Assembly (NCBI GenBank): GCA_030647195.1
Contig: JAUSKD010000010.1
Location: 197-64,196 of the forward strand
Length of the DNA: 64,000 nucleotides
Source: Candidatus Peribacter sp.
Lineage (GTDB): Bacteria > Patescibacteriota > Gracilibacteria > Peribacterales > Peribacteraceae
Direction of reading: 5' to 3'
The position numbers and the translations under genes are program-made. The number at the start of each line of letters is the position of its first letter. The stretch's first letter is position 1. The notes beneath the pieces were generated by a model that saw only the letters and a list, made by a program, of their open reading frames with translations, was not told the origin of the DNA and did not search any database. Below, in pieces: positions 9,691 through 20,000 of this stretch.

Positions 9691-10968
9691 TCAACGGCCG
9701 ATGATCTGACGCACGGACTGAAGCCTTGTCCTCACCTCCGATTCGAATCCCCGGTCCGTCGGTTCATAAAACGATTGCGGCGCCATCCCCATCGGAAAGT
9801 ACTCCTCCCGGACGACTCCCTGTACGTCGTTGTGCGGATACTGGTAGCCCTTGTGGTATCCCTGATCGGCCATCCCTTTGATGGGGGCATTGCGCAGATG
9901 CAGCGGAACTTCCAGCAGAGCAGAAGAGCGAATGGCCTCCCGCGCGCCGCCCATGGCACGGGTGATGGCATTCGATTTCGGAGCCTGACTCAGGTAGATG
10001 CAGGCATGCGCGAGAAAGAATTCCCCCTCAGGCAGCCCCACGAATTCAAAGGCCTGCCAGGCGGTGATCACGATCTGCAGCGCCCTAGGATCGGCATTGC
10101 CGACGTCTTCGCTCGCGAAGATCGCCATGCGCCGGAAGAGGAAGCGCGGCTCCTCCCCGCCCGCCAGCATCTTGAACATCCAGAGTAAGGCGGCATCGCA
10201 GTCGCTGCCGCGCATGCTTTTGATGAAGGCGGACACGGTATTGTAGTGCTCCTCGCCCGTCGCATCGTAGCGCTTGCCCCGCTCGCGGAAGAGCGCGTCG
10301 ATCTCCTTCATCGACAGTTTCTTTCCGGCGGTGAGCACGGCCATTTCGAGCAGGTTCAAAGCGATGCGTGCATCACCGTTTGCGAGAAGGGCGATCCGTT
10401 CCAGCGCTTTCTCCTCCACCTGCACGTTGCCGTTGAATCCCCGCTCATCCGTGAGGGCGCGCTCAAGAATGGTCATCAGATCTTCCTGTTCAAGCGGCCG
10501 GAGCATCGTCACCTGCGAGCGCGACACGAGGGCGGAGTTGACTTCAAAGTACGGATTCGCAGTGGTCGCGCCGATGAGGATGACGACGCCGCTTTCCACA
10601 TACGGAAGCAGGGCATCCTGCTGGCCCTTGTTAAAGCGGTGGATCTCGTCAATGAAGAGGACGGTGCGCTGCTTCAGGCCCGTAAAAATCCGCTCGGCCT
10701 CGGCGCATACTTCCCGCAGCTCCTTCACTCCGCTCAGGACCGCATTGATCTGGACAAAGTGCGCCTTCGTTCGCTCCGCGACGATCTTCGCAAGCGTCGT
10801 CTTGCCCGTGCCCGGAGGCCCCGAGAGGATGACGGATGAGAGCGCGTCCCCCTCGATTGCCGCGCGCAGGGTCGTCCCCTGCCCCATCACGTGTTCCTGC
10901 CCCACGAATTCCTCGAGGGTACGGGGGCGGAGGCGGTAGGCCAGCGGGGCGTCGTGCTTCTGAACCAT
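9691..10968 (-). CDS. rarA: replication-associated recombination protein A (AAA+ ATPase RarA/MgsA)
   Basis: RPRTLEEFVGQEH, Walker A GPPGTGKTTLAKIVA, LFIDEIHRFNK, and the C-terminal MgsA-type helical domain. Confidence 0.9.
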   Translation of the reverse strand: MVQKHDAPLAYRLRPRTLEEFVGQEHVMGQGTTLRAAIEGDALSSVILSGPPGTGKTTLAKIVAERTKAHFVQINAVLSGVKELREVCAEAERIFTGLKQRTVLFIDEIHRFNKGQQDALLPYVESGVVILIGATTANPYFEVNSALVSRSQVTMLRPLEQEDLMTILERALTDERGFNGNVQVEEKALERIALLANGDARIALNLLEMAVLTAGKKLSMKEIDALFRERGKRYDATGEEHYNTVSAFIKSMRGSDCDAALLWMFKMLAGGEEPRFLFRRMAIFASEDVGNADPRALQIVITAWQAFEFVGLPEGEFFLAHACIYLSQAPKSNAITRAMGGAREAIRSSALLEVPLHLRNAPIKGMADQGYHKGYQYPHNDVQGVVREEYFPMGMAPQSFYEPTDRGFESEVRTRLQSVRQIIGR

Positions 10969-11051
10969 GGAAGGCTATCGTAGCGTCGGTGCCGGTCGGT
11001 TGGTAGCTCGTAGCCGGAAAGGCCGGAACGTGATACAATGGCAGGAGTCCT

Positions 11052-11438
11052 ATGGCGGATTTCATCCAGACGATCGGCCAGCAGGTGGACCTCTCCGAGG
11101 CGGCCCAGGTGAAGGCGGGGCAATCAACGGCGAGCAAGATGGGCGATGCGCACGAGAGCTTTATGAAAGAGGTGCTGCGGCTGATCGATACCAAAGAGAT
11201 CGATGTCTCGAATGCCCAGTCCTTTCTGAAGATGGAGGTGTATAACCGACTCGATGAGATGTGGAAGAGCAAGGTCGATCTCGCGCTCGTGAATATCGCA
11301 GACCTGCTCAGGCACATCGTCGAATTCCGCCTGTCGAAGAAGACGCCGGACGAGGCACCGGAGTTGCAGTCGATGATCGAATACCTCTGGCAGATGAAGC
11401 AGCGCATTGAGGATACGCACGACGTTTTCAAATTCTGA
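11052..11438 (+). CDS. hypothetical protein
   Basis: 128-aa ORF with coding-like composition and AGGAG 4 nt upstream of the ATG. I recognise no family. Confidence 0.55.
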   Translation: MADFIQTIGQQVDLSEAAQVKAGQSTASKMGDAHESFMKEVLRLIDTKEIDVSNAQSFLKMEVYNRLDEMWKSKVDLALVNIADLLRHIVEFRLSKKTPDEAPELQSMIEYLWQMKQRIEDTHDVFKF

Positions 11439-11452
11439 TCCCCTCCTCTCTC

Positions 11453-11680
11453 ATGAAGCAGCCCATGAAAGTCCCCGAGCAGCCCAAAGAAAATTTCGAT
11501 CGTCCGACAGATGTTGCCCCCAAGACAGATATTCAGCCGCCCCGCACGGATGCTCCACGGGAGCGCGAAGTGATCGAGGCACGGGCCAATGTTATCGATG
11601 CCACGCGAAAGTCACTTGCAGATCTGGCGCGCAAGCTTCCCAAGTCCGAAGGAACGCGTCAGGAACGGTTCGCTGCCTGA
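11453..11680 (+). CDS. hypothetical small Pro/Lys/Arg-rich protein
   Basis: 75-aa ORF with GC3-rich codons, preceded by a CCCCTCCTCTCTC tract like other genes here. Its 3' end overlaps the miaA 3' end by 22 nt. Confidence 0.45.
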   Translation: MKQPMKVPEQPKENFDRPTDVAPKTDIQPPRTDAPREREVIEARANVIDATRKSLADLARKLPKSEGTRQERFAA

Positions 11681-12630
11681 GGTGTGAACCAACGGATGCG
11701 CGGATCGGGACGCCACCAGGTCATTTGCCTTTTGGCGTACTGACGTGAGGATGCGGCGATCCGCTCCTGCAGTTCCCAATCCGCTTTCACCACTTCAGGG
11801 GAATGATCCTGCAGAGCAGTGGCGATTTCGCGATACCCGTGGCTCAGCATGCCCGGATCATCCGCGCTGTATCCCTTCGCCAGGAGCGACTGTACTTCTT
11901 CCACCCAGCCTGCGGCGAACATCGCGTGCACGCGCTGCGTGATTCTGCGATGAAGCTCTTCGCGCGGAGGATCGATTCCGACAATGAGCAGGTCGTACGG
12001 CGACGGGTTTTTCTTCTTTGCTTTCTCAAGTCTCATACCTGTCGTCAGGCAGACCTCCAGCGCGCGAAGCAGGTACACCTCGTTTCGGGGATCAATCGAG
12101 AGCGCGCCCTCGGGATCCAGCTTCTGCAGCTCGGCATAGAGCACCGCCGCTCCCTCATCCTGCAGGCGTTTACTGAGCTTCGCGCGGAGCCCTGTGTCCG
12201 TCGTCGCGACAAACGCCAGATTATCGATGATCGCGCTCACATAGAGCATCGATCCGCCCACGAGAAACGGAATATTCCCCCGGGCATGGATCTCCGCAAT
12301 CATCCGCTCTGCTTCACGTTTGAACCAGGCTGCCGTCACCTCTTCCTTCGGATCGAGAACGTCGATCAGGTGATGCGGAACACCGCACATTTCCTCGTTT
12401 CGAATTTTTGCTGTGCCGATATCGAGGTGACGATAGAGCTGCCTGGAATCAGCATTGATGATTTCTATCCCCTTTCCCTTGATACTCCCCCCTTTTCCCT
12501 CATGCGCGATCAAGATCGCGCATGCCGTCTTGCCGCTGGCCGTCGGCCCCACGAGGACGAGGAGCGGCCTTTTGGCACCCGACAAAAATCCTGCAATGTC
12601 CGGAAGTCCTGACAGCTCCATCGGCTGCAT
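11659..12630 (-). CDS. miaA: tRNA dimethylallyltransferase
   Basis: P-loop GPTASGKT plus INADSRQLYRHLDIGTAK and HHLID. The true start may be the second ATG (c12621), which lies 7 nt downstream of TATCAT. Confidence 0.9.
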   Translation of the reverse strand: MQPMELSGLPDIAGFLSGAKRPLLVLVGPTASGKTACAILIAHEGKGGSIKGKGIEIINADSRQLYRHLDIGTAKIRNEEMCGVPHHLIDVLDPKEEVTAAWFKREAERMIAEIHARGNIPFLVGGSMLYVSAIIDNLAFVATTDTGLRAKLSKRLQDEGAAVLYAELQKLDPEGALSIDPRNEVYLLRALEVCLTTGMRLEKAKKKNPSPYDLLIVGIDPPREELHRRITQRVHAMFAAGWVEEVQSLLAKGYSADDPGMLSHGYREIATALQDHSPEVVKADWELQERIAASSRQYAKRQMTWWRPDPRIRWFTPQAANRS

Positions 12631-12800
12631 GATAGGCCGATGAGACGCATTTCACAGAATTGTTTTGTTTACTTTACATTCCTTCTCACCACATTCCCCC
12701 TGCCGCGCCAACTGCCGGGAAAACTCAAAAAGAAGTATAATTGCTGTGAGGTTTTCCGAATAAACCTACGCCCTACCCCCTATTCCTAACCCTCTCAAAC

Positions 12801-13448
12801 ATGCATCCCAAGCTCTCTTCGATCGCAGACAAGATCGCCCGCGGAAACCTGACGCCGCAGAACTTCCTCATCCCGACGGTGATCGAAAAGACGCAGTTCG
12901 GTGAACGCGTGTACGACATCTACAGTCGTCTTCTGGAGGACCGCGTGGTTTTCCTCGGCACGGCGATTAACGACGATGTGGCCAATTCCATCATCGCGCA
13001 GTTCCTGTTCCTGGAAAAAGAGAATGCCAAGAAGGACATCATCCTCTACGTCAATTCCCCGGGAGGTCAGGTGACCTCTACCATGGCGATGTACGACACT
13101 ATGCAGTACGTGCAGCCCGATATCTCGACGGTGTGTCTGGGCATGGCCGCCAGCGGAGGCGCCATCATCCTGATGGGCGGTGCCAAGGGTAAGCGCTTCG
13201 CGCTCGAGCACTCCGAAATCATGATTCACCAGCCGCTCGGGGGCACCGAAGGGCAAGCCACGGACATCGCGATTCATGCCGATCACATCATCCAGACGAA
13301 GAAGATCCTCAATACGATGATCGCGAAGCACACCGGTAAGTCTCTGGAGCAAGTAACTGCCGACACCGAACGAGACAAATTCCTCTCAGCAGAGGAGGCC
13401 CTGAAGTACGGCCTCGTTGACCGTATCCTGACGAAGAAGCCGGTTTAA
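12801..13448 (+). CDS. clpP: ATP-dependent Clp protease proteolytic subunit
   Basis: [27 protein letters not shown] (catalytic Ser) and MIHQPLGG (His). Confidence 0.95.
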   Translation: MHPKLSSIADKIARGNLTPQNFLIPTVIEKTQFGERVYDIYSRLLEDRVVFLGTAINDDVANSIIAQFLFLEKENAKKDIILYVNSPGGQVTSTMAMYDTMQYVQPDISTVCLGMAASGGAIILMGGAKGKRFALEHSEIMIHQPLGGTEGQATDIAIHADHIIQTKKILNTMIAKHTGKSLEQVTADTERDKFLSAEEALKYGLVDRILTKKPV

Positions 13449-13452
13449 GCAT

Positions 13453-13517
13453 TGTCATCCTGAGCTCTGTCGAAGGATGATTTGGAGTGTCATGGTTCGA
13501 CAGCGCTCACCATGACA
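13453..13517. repeat. REP-like intergenic palindromic element, copy B
   Basis: Sequence is tgtcatcctgagctctgtcgaagga...gtgtcatggttcgacagcgctcaccatgaca. It contains a 9-bp hairpin stem (tgtcatggt/accatgaca) and lies between convergent clpP and a membrane-protein gene. Confidence 0.7.
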
Positions 13518-13522
13518 CAACA

Positions 13523-13960
13523 CTACTTCTTGGCGGGTGTGCAGCAGCCGTTTTCGCAGCACGCGTCGGAAATCTTGGTGATCACGATGAGGGCGATCAG
13601 CCAGATGAGCGCGTTCACAGCGGGTTGCATGGTTTCCGAAAGCGGCAGACCCGACAGAACGGACTTGAGGAGCATGCCGGCCGGAATCGATCCGAGCGCG
13701 ATGCTCGAGGCCCAGAGGGCGATCTCGGTGAACATGTGGAGCACGAGCAGGGCACCGCCGACGATCATCAGTGCCGGCAGGATGTACGCCCAGAGCGTTC
13801 CGGGAAACGAGAGAAACGCGAGGTCCTCACTGACCATCCCCACGAAGGATTCGAATGTCATGTAGTGAATGAGTCCGACGAACACGAGCGAGGCGCCCAG
13901 ACTGATGCGTGCGACGGTTCCGACGATGCAGAGGGGGCACTGAGGCAACTTGAGTTGCAT
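13523..13960 (-). CDS. small 4-TM membrane protein with N-terminal CPLC and C-terminal CCENGCC motifs
   Basis: ATG c13960 (MQLKLPQCPLCIVG...), 145 aa with four hydrophobic segments. The track's longer 265-aa form runs into the divergent tgt promoter region. Family uncertain (DoxX/MauE-like is only a guess). Confidence 0.6.
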   Translation of the reverse strand: MQLKLPQCPLCIVGTVARISLGASLVFVGLIHYMTFESFVGMVSEDLAFLSFPGTLWAYILPALMIVGGALLVLHMFTEIALWASSIALGSIPAGMLLKSVLSGLPLSETMQPAVNALIWLIALIVITKISDACCENGCCTPAKK

Positions 13961-14086
13961 AGGGTGGGATGGAATGAAGTGATCTTGAGTATGGAGGGAG
14001 CCGTGAACTTGTACAATATATTTGTTCACAATGAACGAAATCCGCAAGACAAATCTGCGATACCGGACCGTCACCACCCTACAATC

Positions 14087-15184
14087 ATGCCGATGTTCAG
14101 TGTGAAAAAGGTTTCCCCTCTCGGCCGGCGCGGTACCGTTCAGACGAACCACGGGCCGATCGAAACCCCGTTCTTCTTCCCGGTTGCGACAGCCGGTGCC
14201 ATGCGCGGCATCACGCATGCCGACTTGAAGGATCTGCAGGCGCAGGCCCTGCTCTGCAATACCTACCACCTCCATCTGCATCCCGGGGAAGAGGTGATAG
14301 CGTCCGCGGGCGGACTGCATTCCTTCATCGGATGGAACCGGCCGATCCTGACGGACAGCGGCGGCTATCAGGTATTCTCATTGCGGGGACTGCGGCACAT
14401 TTCTGATCGTGGCGTCGAATTTCGCGCGCACACGGACGGCAGTTCACATTTTTTGGGACCGGTGGAGGCGACGCAGATCCAGTGGAAACTGGGCGCAGAC
14501 ATCATCATGTGCTTCGACGAGTGTCCGCCCTCAACCGCTTCGCGCAGGGAAATCGAGACGGCCGTGGACCGGACATTGCGTTGGGCAAAAGTGTGTAAGG
14601 AGACGCACGAAAAGCTCGGGAAATCGGGAACTGGGGAACTAGGGAATTTGAAAAGCAAGCCTCTGCTCTTCGGCATCGTGCAGGGAGGACTGCATGTGGA
14701 CCTACGCAGGAAGTGCGCTGAAGAGCTGCAGTCGATCGGCTTTGACGGATATGCACTGGGTGGCCTCGCTGTCGGTGAGAGTGAAGATGAGATGCTGGCT
14801 GTCCTGCGTGAGGTGACTCCCCTTCTCCCCGAGGACCAGCCCCGCTATCTGATGGGGGTTGGCGTCATCCATCAGCTGAAAGCCTGCGTGTCACTCGGCA
14901 TCGACATGTTCGATTGTGTCCTGCCCATGCGCATAGCCCGACACGGGACGATCCTGCTTTCGGATGGCACTGAAATCCGCATCACGAATGCGAAGTTCAA
15001 AGAGGATCACGCACCGATCGACCCTGCCTCCCCGTCCGACTTCAGCAGGACGCACACGCGCAGTTACCTTCATCACCTCTTTCACGTGAATGAGCGCCTG
15101 GCCGAAACCATTGCCTGCAAACAGAACCTGGGTGTGACACTGAAAATGATGCGCGATCTTCGCACGAAGATGGACAGTCTCTAA
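14087..15184 (+). CDS. tgt: queuine tRNA-ribosyltransferase
   Basis: TPFFFPVATAGA, LLCNTYHLHLHPG, LTDSGGYQVFS, FDECPP and GLAVGE. The track's 565-aa form has a non-homologous N-terminal extension. The start is ATG 14087 or, more likely, ATG 14093, which lies 7 nt after TACAAT. Confidence 0.9.
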   Translation: MPMFSVKKVSPLGRRGTVQTNHGPIETPFFFPVATAGAMRGITHADLKDLQAQALLCNTYHLHLHPGEEVIASAGGLHSFIGWNRPILTDSGGYQVFSLRGLRHISDRGVEFRAHTDGSSHFLGPVEATQIQWKLGADIIMCFDECPPSTASRREIETAVDRTLRWAKVCKETHEKLGKSGTGELGNLKSKPLLFGIVQGGLHVDLRRKCAEELQSIGFDGYALGGLAVGESEDEMLAVLREVTPLLPEDQPRYLMGVGVIHQLKACVSLGIDMFDCVLPMRIARHGTILLSDGTEIRITNAKFKEDHAPIDPASPSDFSRTHTRSYLHHLFHVNERLAETIACKQNLGVTLKMMRDLRTKMDSL

Positions 15185-15495
15185 GCGGAAATCTTCGTCA
15201 CCTCAATCTCCGTGAACCCCTGACGATGGCCGTGCAGGCGGCGGTAGCGCTTGCGCCGGCGCATCTTGTACACGCGGATCTTGTCGCCCTGACCGTGCGC
15301 GAGCACCTTGGCCTCGACGGAGGCCCCGGACAGGATCGGTGTGCCCACACTGACATCATCCTCGGTCTTTGCAGTCAGCAACACATCTTTGAACGTGACG
15401 ATGGCTCCCGGCTCGGCATCGAGTGTGGGAACCTTCAGTTTCATCCCCTCCTCCACTTTCTCCTGAAAGCCGGCGATCTTCACAACCGCAAACAT
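15181..15495 (-). CDS. rplU: 50S ribosomal protein L21
   Basis: MFAVVKIAGFQEKVEEG...KIRVYKMRRRKRYRRLHGHRQGFTEIEV. No rpmA follows it. Confidence 0.9.
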   Translation of the reverse strand: MFAVVKIAGFQEKVEEGMKLKVPTLDAEPGAIVTFKDVLLTAKTEDDVSVGTPILSGASVEAKVLAHGQGDKIRVYKMRRRKRYRRLHGHRQGFTEIEVTKISA

Positions 15496-15542
15496 GACCG
15501 CGGAAGTGTAGGGAACGCTTCTCGTGAGATCAAGGAGATTCC

Positions 15543-16247
15543 TCAGTCAGTTGTAATGAATCGCTCGTCCGCCTCTCGTTCTTGCCGGATTCTTCTATGA
15601 AACGAATGGAAATAATCAGCAATCTGCTCCACGGCTGCCTCGGGTGGGATGTTTTTGCGCACAAATGCCGCACCAACAGAAGAGGCTTTTTCGGAGAGCG
15701 AATCATCCGTCGAGAAGAGCACGGAAGGAACTCCTGTCCTCAGAAGATCGTAACGGAGATGATCGATCACACTGTGTCCCTTTTCTGTGTGACCGGCGTA
15801 CTCCATCGAGGGCAGCATCTCCAGATTCTCATCTGCAACAAGCAGATGCGGCTGCGGACAGAGACGAAGCCTCTGACGAATGTTTGTGGCGATTTCTGCC
15901 ACAGACTCGCCTTTGTAGGGAATCAATTCCACTCTCCTGCGCGTTGCAACGGTGAGGTGGGCCAGGAACTCGAAGTAGTACTGAGGTCCGTCATCGAGGT
16001 AAAGCACCTTCGCTCCATGGAGAGGTTCAACACCCCTAAGCTGACCGAGCATCGATGTGATGGTGCGCTGATTCGGATAGGGAATTTCCCTGAGTGAAAG
16101 GCCCACATGCCATGCGATGTTTTTTTTGTAGAGATCACGAAATTCCTGCAGTCGGCGTAGTAGTCTCTGTAGATCTTCCGGACTGACCTCACCGACATTC
16201 TCATTTCCCTCCGTGACCGGACGCCCCCGGTATGGGAGCTGATCCAT
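15543..16247 (-). CDS. hypothetical protein with possible CheY-like receiver domain
   Basis: 234 aa. The pattern VLYLDDG ... LLVADENL ... VLFSTDDS ... FVRKN resembles the receiver acidic pocket, phospho-Asp, Thr and Lys positions. I see no output domain. Confidence 0.5.
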   Translation of the reverse strand: MDQLPYRGRPVTEGNENVGEVSPEDLQRLLRRLQEFRDLYKKNIAWHVGLSLREIPYPNQRTITSMLGQLRGVEPLHGAKVLYLDDGPQYYFEFLAHLTVATRRRVELIPYKGESVAEIATNIRQRLRLCPQPHLLVADENLEMLPSMEYAGHTEKGHSVIDHLRYDLLRTGVPSVLFSTDDSLSEKASSVGAAFVRKNIPPEAAVEQIADYFHSFHRRIRQEREADERFITTD

Positions 16248-16475
16248 GATGCGGGGATTCTTCTCTTATCTTCACTATAGTCAAGAGAAATGCCAAATTC
16301 TCGAATGTGCACTGCTTACAAAGAACCAATAGTCGGCCGCGTAAAGGTCGTACCTCACTGCGTTCGCCACGTCCCACGCGGCTCACGTAAAATCGCTTCT
16401 CGAACGATAGTTCGAATGAATGATGCGGGGGTTGGCGGTGCCACGTGATCGCGAGCCACTGCGAGCGATTTTACG

Positions 16476-16550
<75 letters not shown>

Positions 16551-17012
16551 ACGAGGACGACAGTGTGAATGATAGCTGGCTGCCATACCACTTGCCTGCC
16601 CGTCCGACTTGTCCGGCGAAGCCCGAAGGGCGAAGTCGGAAGCTCGAAGCGAAGAGCGAAGGCGGGGCGACCCCCCAACGAATGGAACGGAAAACAGGCA
16701 GAAGATACCCTTCAACTGCATTTTGTCCAAATCAGTCAATATACTTGTAATTCCCAATGCATTCTTCTTTCCCCTCTTTTTCCCGTCACCGATCTTCCGT
16801 CGGAGCCATTGAGCAGTTCAGCCCAGTATATTCTGTTAAATACAGAATTTGACAAGTGTGTTAAATATTATTAACGGGACGTGAAATTTTGCCTAATCAA
16901 AAACAAGATCTCGATTGTTGACTACAGAGAGTTTCATTGACATTAAGAACCATTAACGTAGGATTCCATCCTTTATGGCAATTGTCCATCCTCCATCTTC
17001 CCCCATGCCGCT

Positions 17013-20000
17013 ATGGCAAAAATAGAAAACGCGAAGAAGCCCTTCGCCATTTTTGTTCTGTCGCTTCTTCTGCTCTCGCAACCGGGAGTCTCTGCGCTCT
17101 GGGCTCAGACTGCCGTGATCGCGCAAGAGACCGGTGCCGCGTCATCCGAAGCGGAATCATCTTCGGCCGCTTCGAACCCGCAGACTCCTTCGGTTTCAGA
17201 CATGAGAGCCATGACCAGCGCCATGGCGAGCACGACTGCGGGCGGAGGCAATTTTACGTGGCAGATTCTGTGTGGAGAGCCCGGGACGAACAGGAGCATC
17301 GCCTGCGATGACGCCTGTCGCCCGTGCATCAGTGATACTTACTTCTTCTGGAGAAAATTCGATCTGCAGAAAATCGGCTTCTACTACACGGACGGATCGG
17401 GACATCGCCAGCTCCTTCCGCCGTTTTCAACCGGAGGGAATATCTGCAGAGACGGCGTGTCAGCGATAAACGGGGGCGGAACGGTTCCCACAGGAATCAC
17501 CCCTCAGGGCCTGTATACCGAGTGGAATGCCTACGGTCATGTCTACACGTTGTACTCCGATACGCATGCTGCAATCGTGTGCCCGAGAGGCGGCGATCGC
17601 ACGGATTACTACTGGGACGACCAGGGGAATCCCGGCACGCACAATGACGGCCATGTGATCATCAACTACACGCCAGCACCCTCCAGTCAGTGCTCCGATG
17701 GCATCGATAACGACGGAGACGGCGCAGCGGATTTTCCGAATGATTACTCCTGCTCCACGACCACGGACAATGACGAAACGAATCCCAGGTCTCAGTGTCA
17801 GGATGGAGTGGATAATGACGGCAACGGATACACTGATTACCCTTCCGATGCAGGATGCAGCTCGCAGCAGGACAACACGGAGAGCGGGGGCCAGCAGCAG
17901 TACCAGTGTAACGACGGTATCGACAACGACGGGGACGGAGCCGCCGACTATCCGAACGATTTCTCCTGCTCGTCTGCCACGGACAATGATGAAACGAATC
18001 CCAGATCTCAGTGTCAGGACGGAGTGGATAATGACGGCGACGGCGTCACGGACGGACTGGATCCGGGTTGCAGCGGCAATCAGGACAACGACGAGCGCAA
18101 CATCTGCCCTGTGGGCACTTCTACGAGCACCTGCCGCTGTGCCACCAATGCCGATTGCACCGCGCCCAATACCTGCCAGAGCGGATACTGCCGGCCGGTC
18201 AGCAGCCAGTGCTCCGATGGCATCGATAATGATGGCGATGGCGCTACGGATTACCCGGCCGATTTCAGCTGTTCCTCAGCAACGGATACGGACGAGACCA
18301 ATCCCAGGGCCCAGTGCCAGGATGGATCGGATAACGATCACGACGGTCTCTCAGACTACCCCAATGATCCGGGCTGCAACTCAGCCCAGGACAATGACGA
18401 AACGAATGTGGGTACACCGTCCTGCACCCAGCCTGTCAGTGCATCCGTGTCCTTCAACTCCTTCAACGCTCCGTGGAATTACGGTACATCGTGCGCCCAA
18501 CCGCCCGTTGCCGTTGCGACGAACCTGCATGCCGGCGACGTTGTGCGACTCACAGGCACGACGGGTGGGGTCTGCGGACGCGAGTACCCGCGTGCGGGAT
18601 CCTGTGTCAGCGATACCTCCGGCTCCATTTTCGGAGACTGTGATGACGAGGGAACCCAGATGTACTCCTGCACGGACAATACCTATTCCAAGGCGGGATT
18701 CTACGATGCCTCACATAATCTCATTGCCGAGCACAACATCAGTGCGTTCAACGCGAGCGTCACGGTCCCTGCGGGAGCGACGGCGCTCTACGTATACTTC
18801 AAGGAATACAACCAGACCTACTACTACGACAACAACGGTGGATTCCGCTGCAATCTGAATTTCTCCATCACGGGCAACTGTCCTGCGCAGTGCAATGACG
18901 GCCTCGACAATGACGGTGATGGCGCCGCGGACTATCCCAATGACTTCAGTTGTTCCTCCGCAACGGATACCGACGAAACGAATCCCAAGGCCCAGTGCCA
19001 GGATGGCATCGACAACGACGGCGATGGCCGCATCGATGCCAATGATCTGGGGTGTACCGATTTTCAGGATAACGATGAATTCAATGCGTCCTCCTCTTCC
19101 TCATCATCCTCCTCCGTTCCGGGAACCGCACAGTGCAACGACGGCATCGATAATGACGGTGATGGCAAGATCGACGCTCTGGTCGAGCTGAGCCCCTCAA
19201 ACGGGCAATCGCGCGTGTGGTATGCCGATATGGTCGGTATTCGCACCTTCTACAACCAAATTGCTGCCCAACGTGGACTGCAACAGATTTCCACTGATTG
19301 GAACGGCCAGGGCATGGTCAGCAACGATGCGACGACAGCGGATAAGATCTGCGAGCTTGCCGGCTTCAACAACGTCGTCTCCCGTAACTGCTTCGAATAC
19401 GGCACAACCGGGCGCTGCAACTTCACGAGCTGCAGTAACAATACGATGGGTGTCTGGGGCGGATCCAACATGAATATTGTGAATGCATGCGGCTACACCT
19501 GGCTCGCCTCGCTCACCTGCCGCGATCGTCTGGCTGCCTGCAGTGATGGCATCGATAACGACGGAGACGGCAGAATCGACATGGCGGACACGGGCTGCGC
19601 AACGGTGAATGACAACAGTGAAATCATGCATGACCCGGACTGCACAGGACCGACGGATAACACCGAATCCTCCATTACGCAGTGCAACGACGGCATCGAC
19701 AATGACGGAGATGGAGCCGCCGACTACCCGAACGATTTCTCCTGCACCTCTCCCACGGATACGGACGAGACCAATCCCAAGTCCCAATGCCAGGACGGCA
19801 TCGACAACGATGGAGATGGTCTGTCCGATTACCCCTCCGATCCGGGATGCAGCTCGAGGCAGGATAATGACGAGCGCAATATCTGCCCCGCAGCGACGCA
19901 AACCTCCAACTGCCGTTGCGCAACCAATGCGGACTGTACGAACCCCGATACCTGCCAGAGCGGCATCTGCCGCCCGGTGTCGTACCAGTGCAACGACGGA

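Noticed and set aside
13487-14086. N-terminal extensions offered by the ORF track: tgt from 13487, 39815-40063, 4329-4418, 49933-50127, 61003-61131, 28658-28744, 33367-33411 and 9624-9680.
   Set aside because: The extensions overlap upstream genes, tRNAs or promoter elements and add non-homologous, low-complexity residues. Internal ATG/GTG starts coincide with the conserved N-termini and with -10 boxes or CU-rich tracts.
16590-16665. SRP (4.5S) RNA or other known ncRNA in the tRNA-Gln / giant-gene spacer, because of GUCCGGCGAAGCCCGAAGGGCGAAGUCGGAAGC.
   Set aside because: The conserved domain IV sequence (GGAAGCAGCC-type symmetric loop with GNAR tetraloop context) is not present. The stretch is better described as a (CGAAGNN)n periodic tract with a local hairpin.
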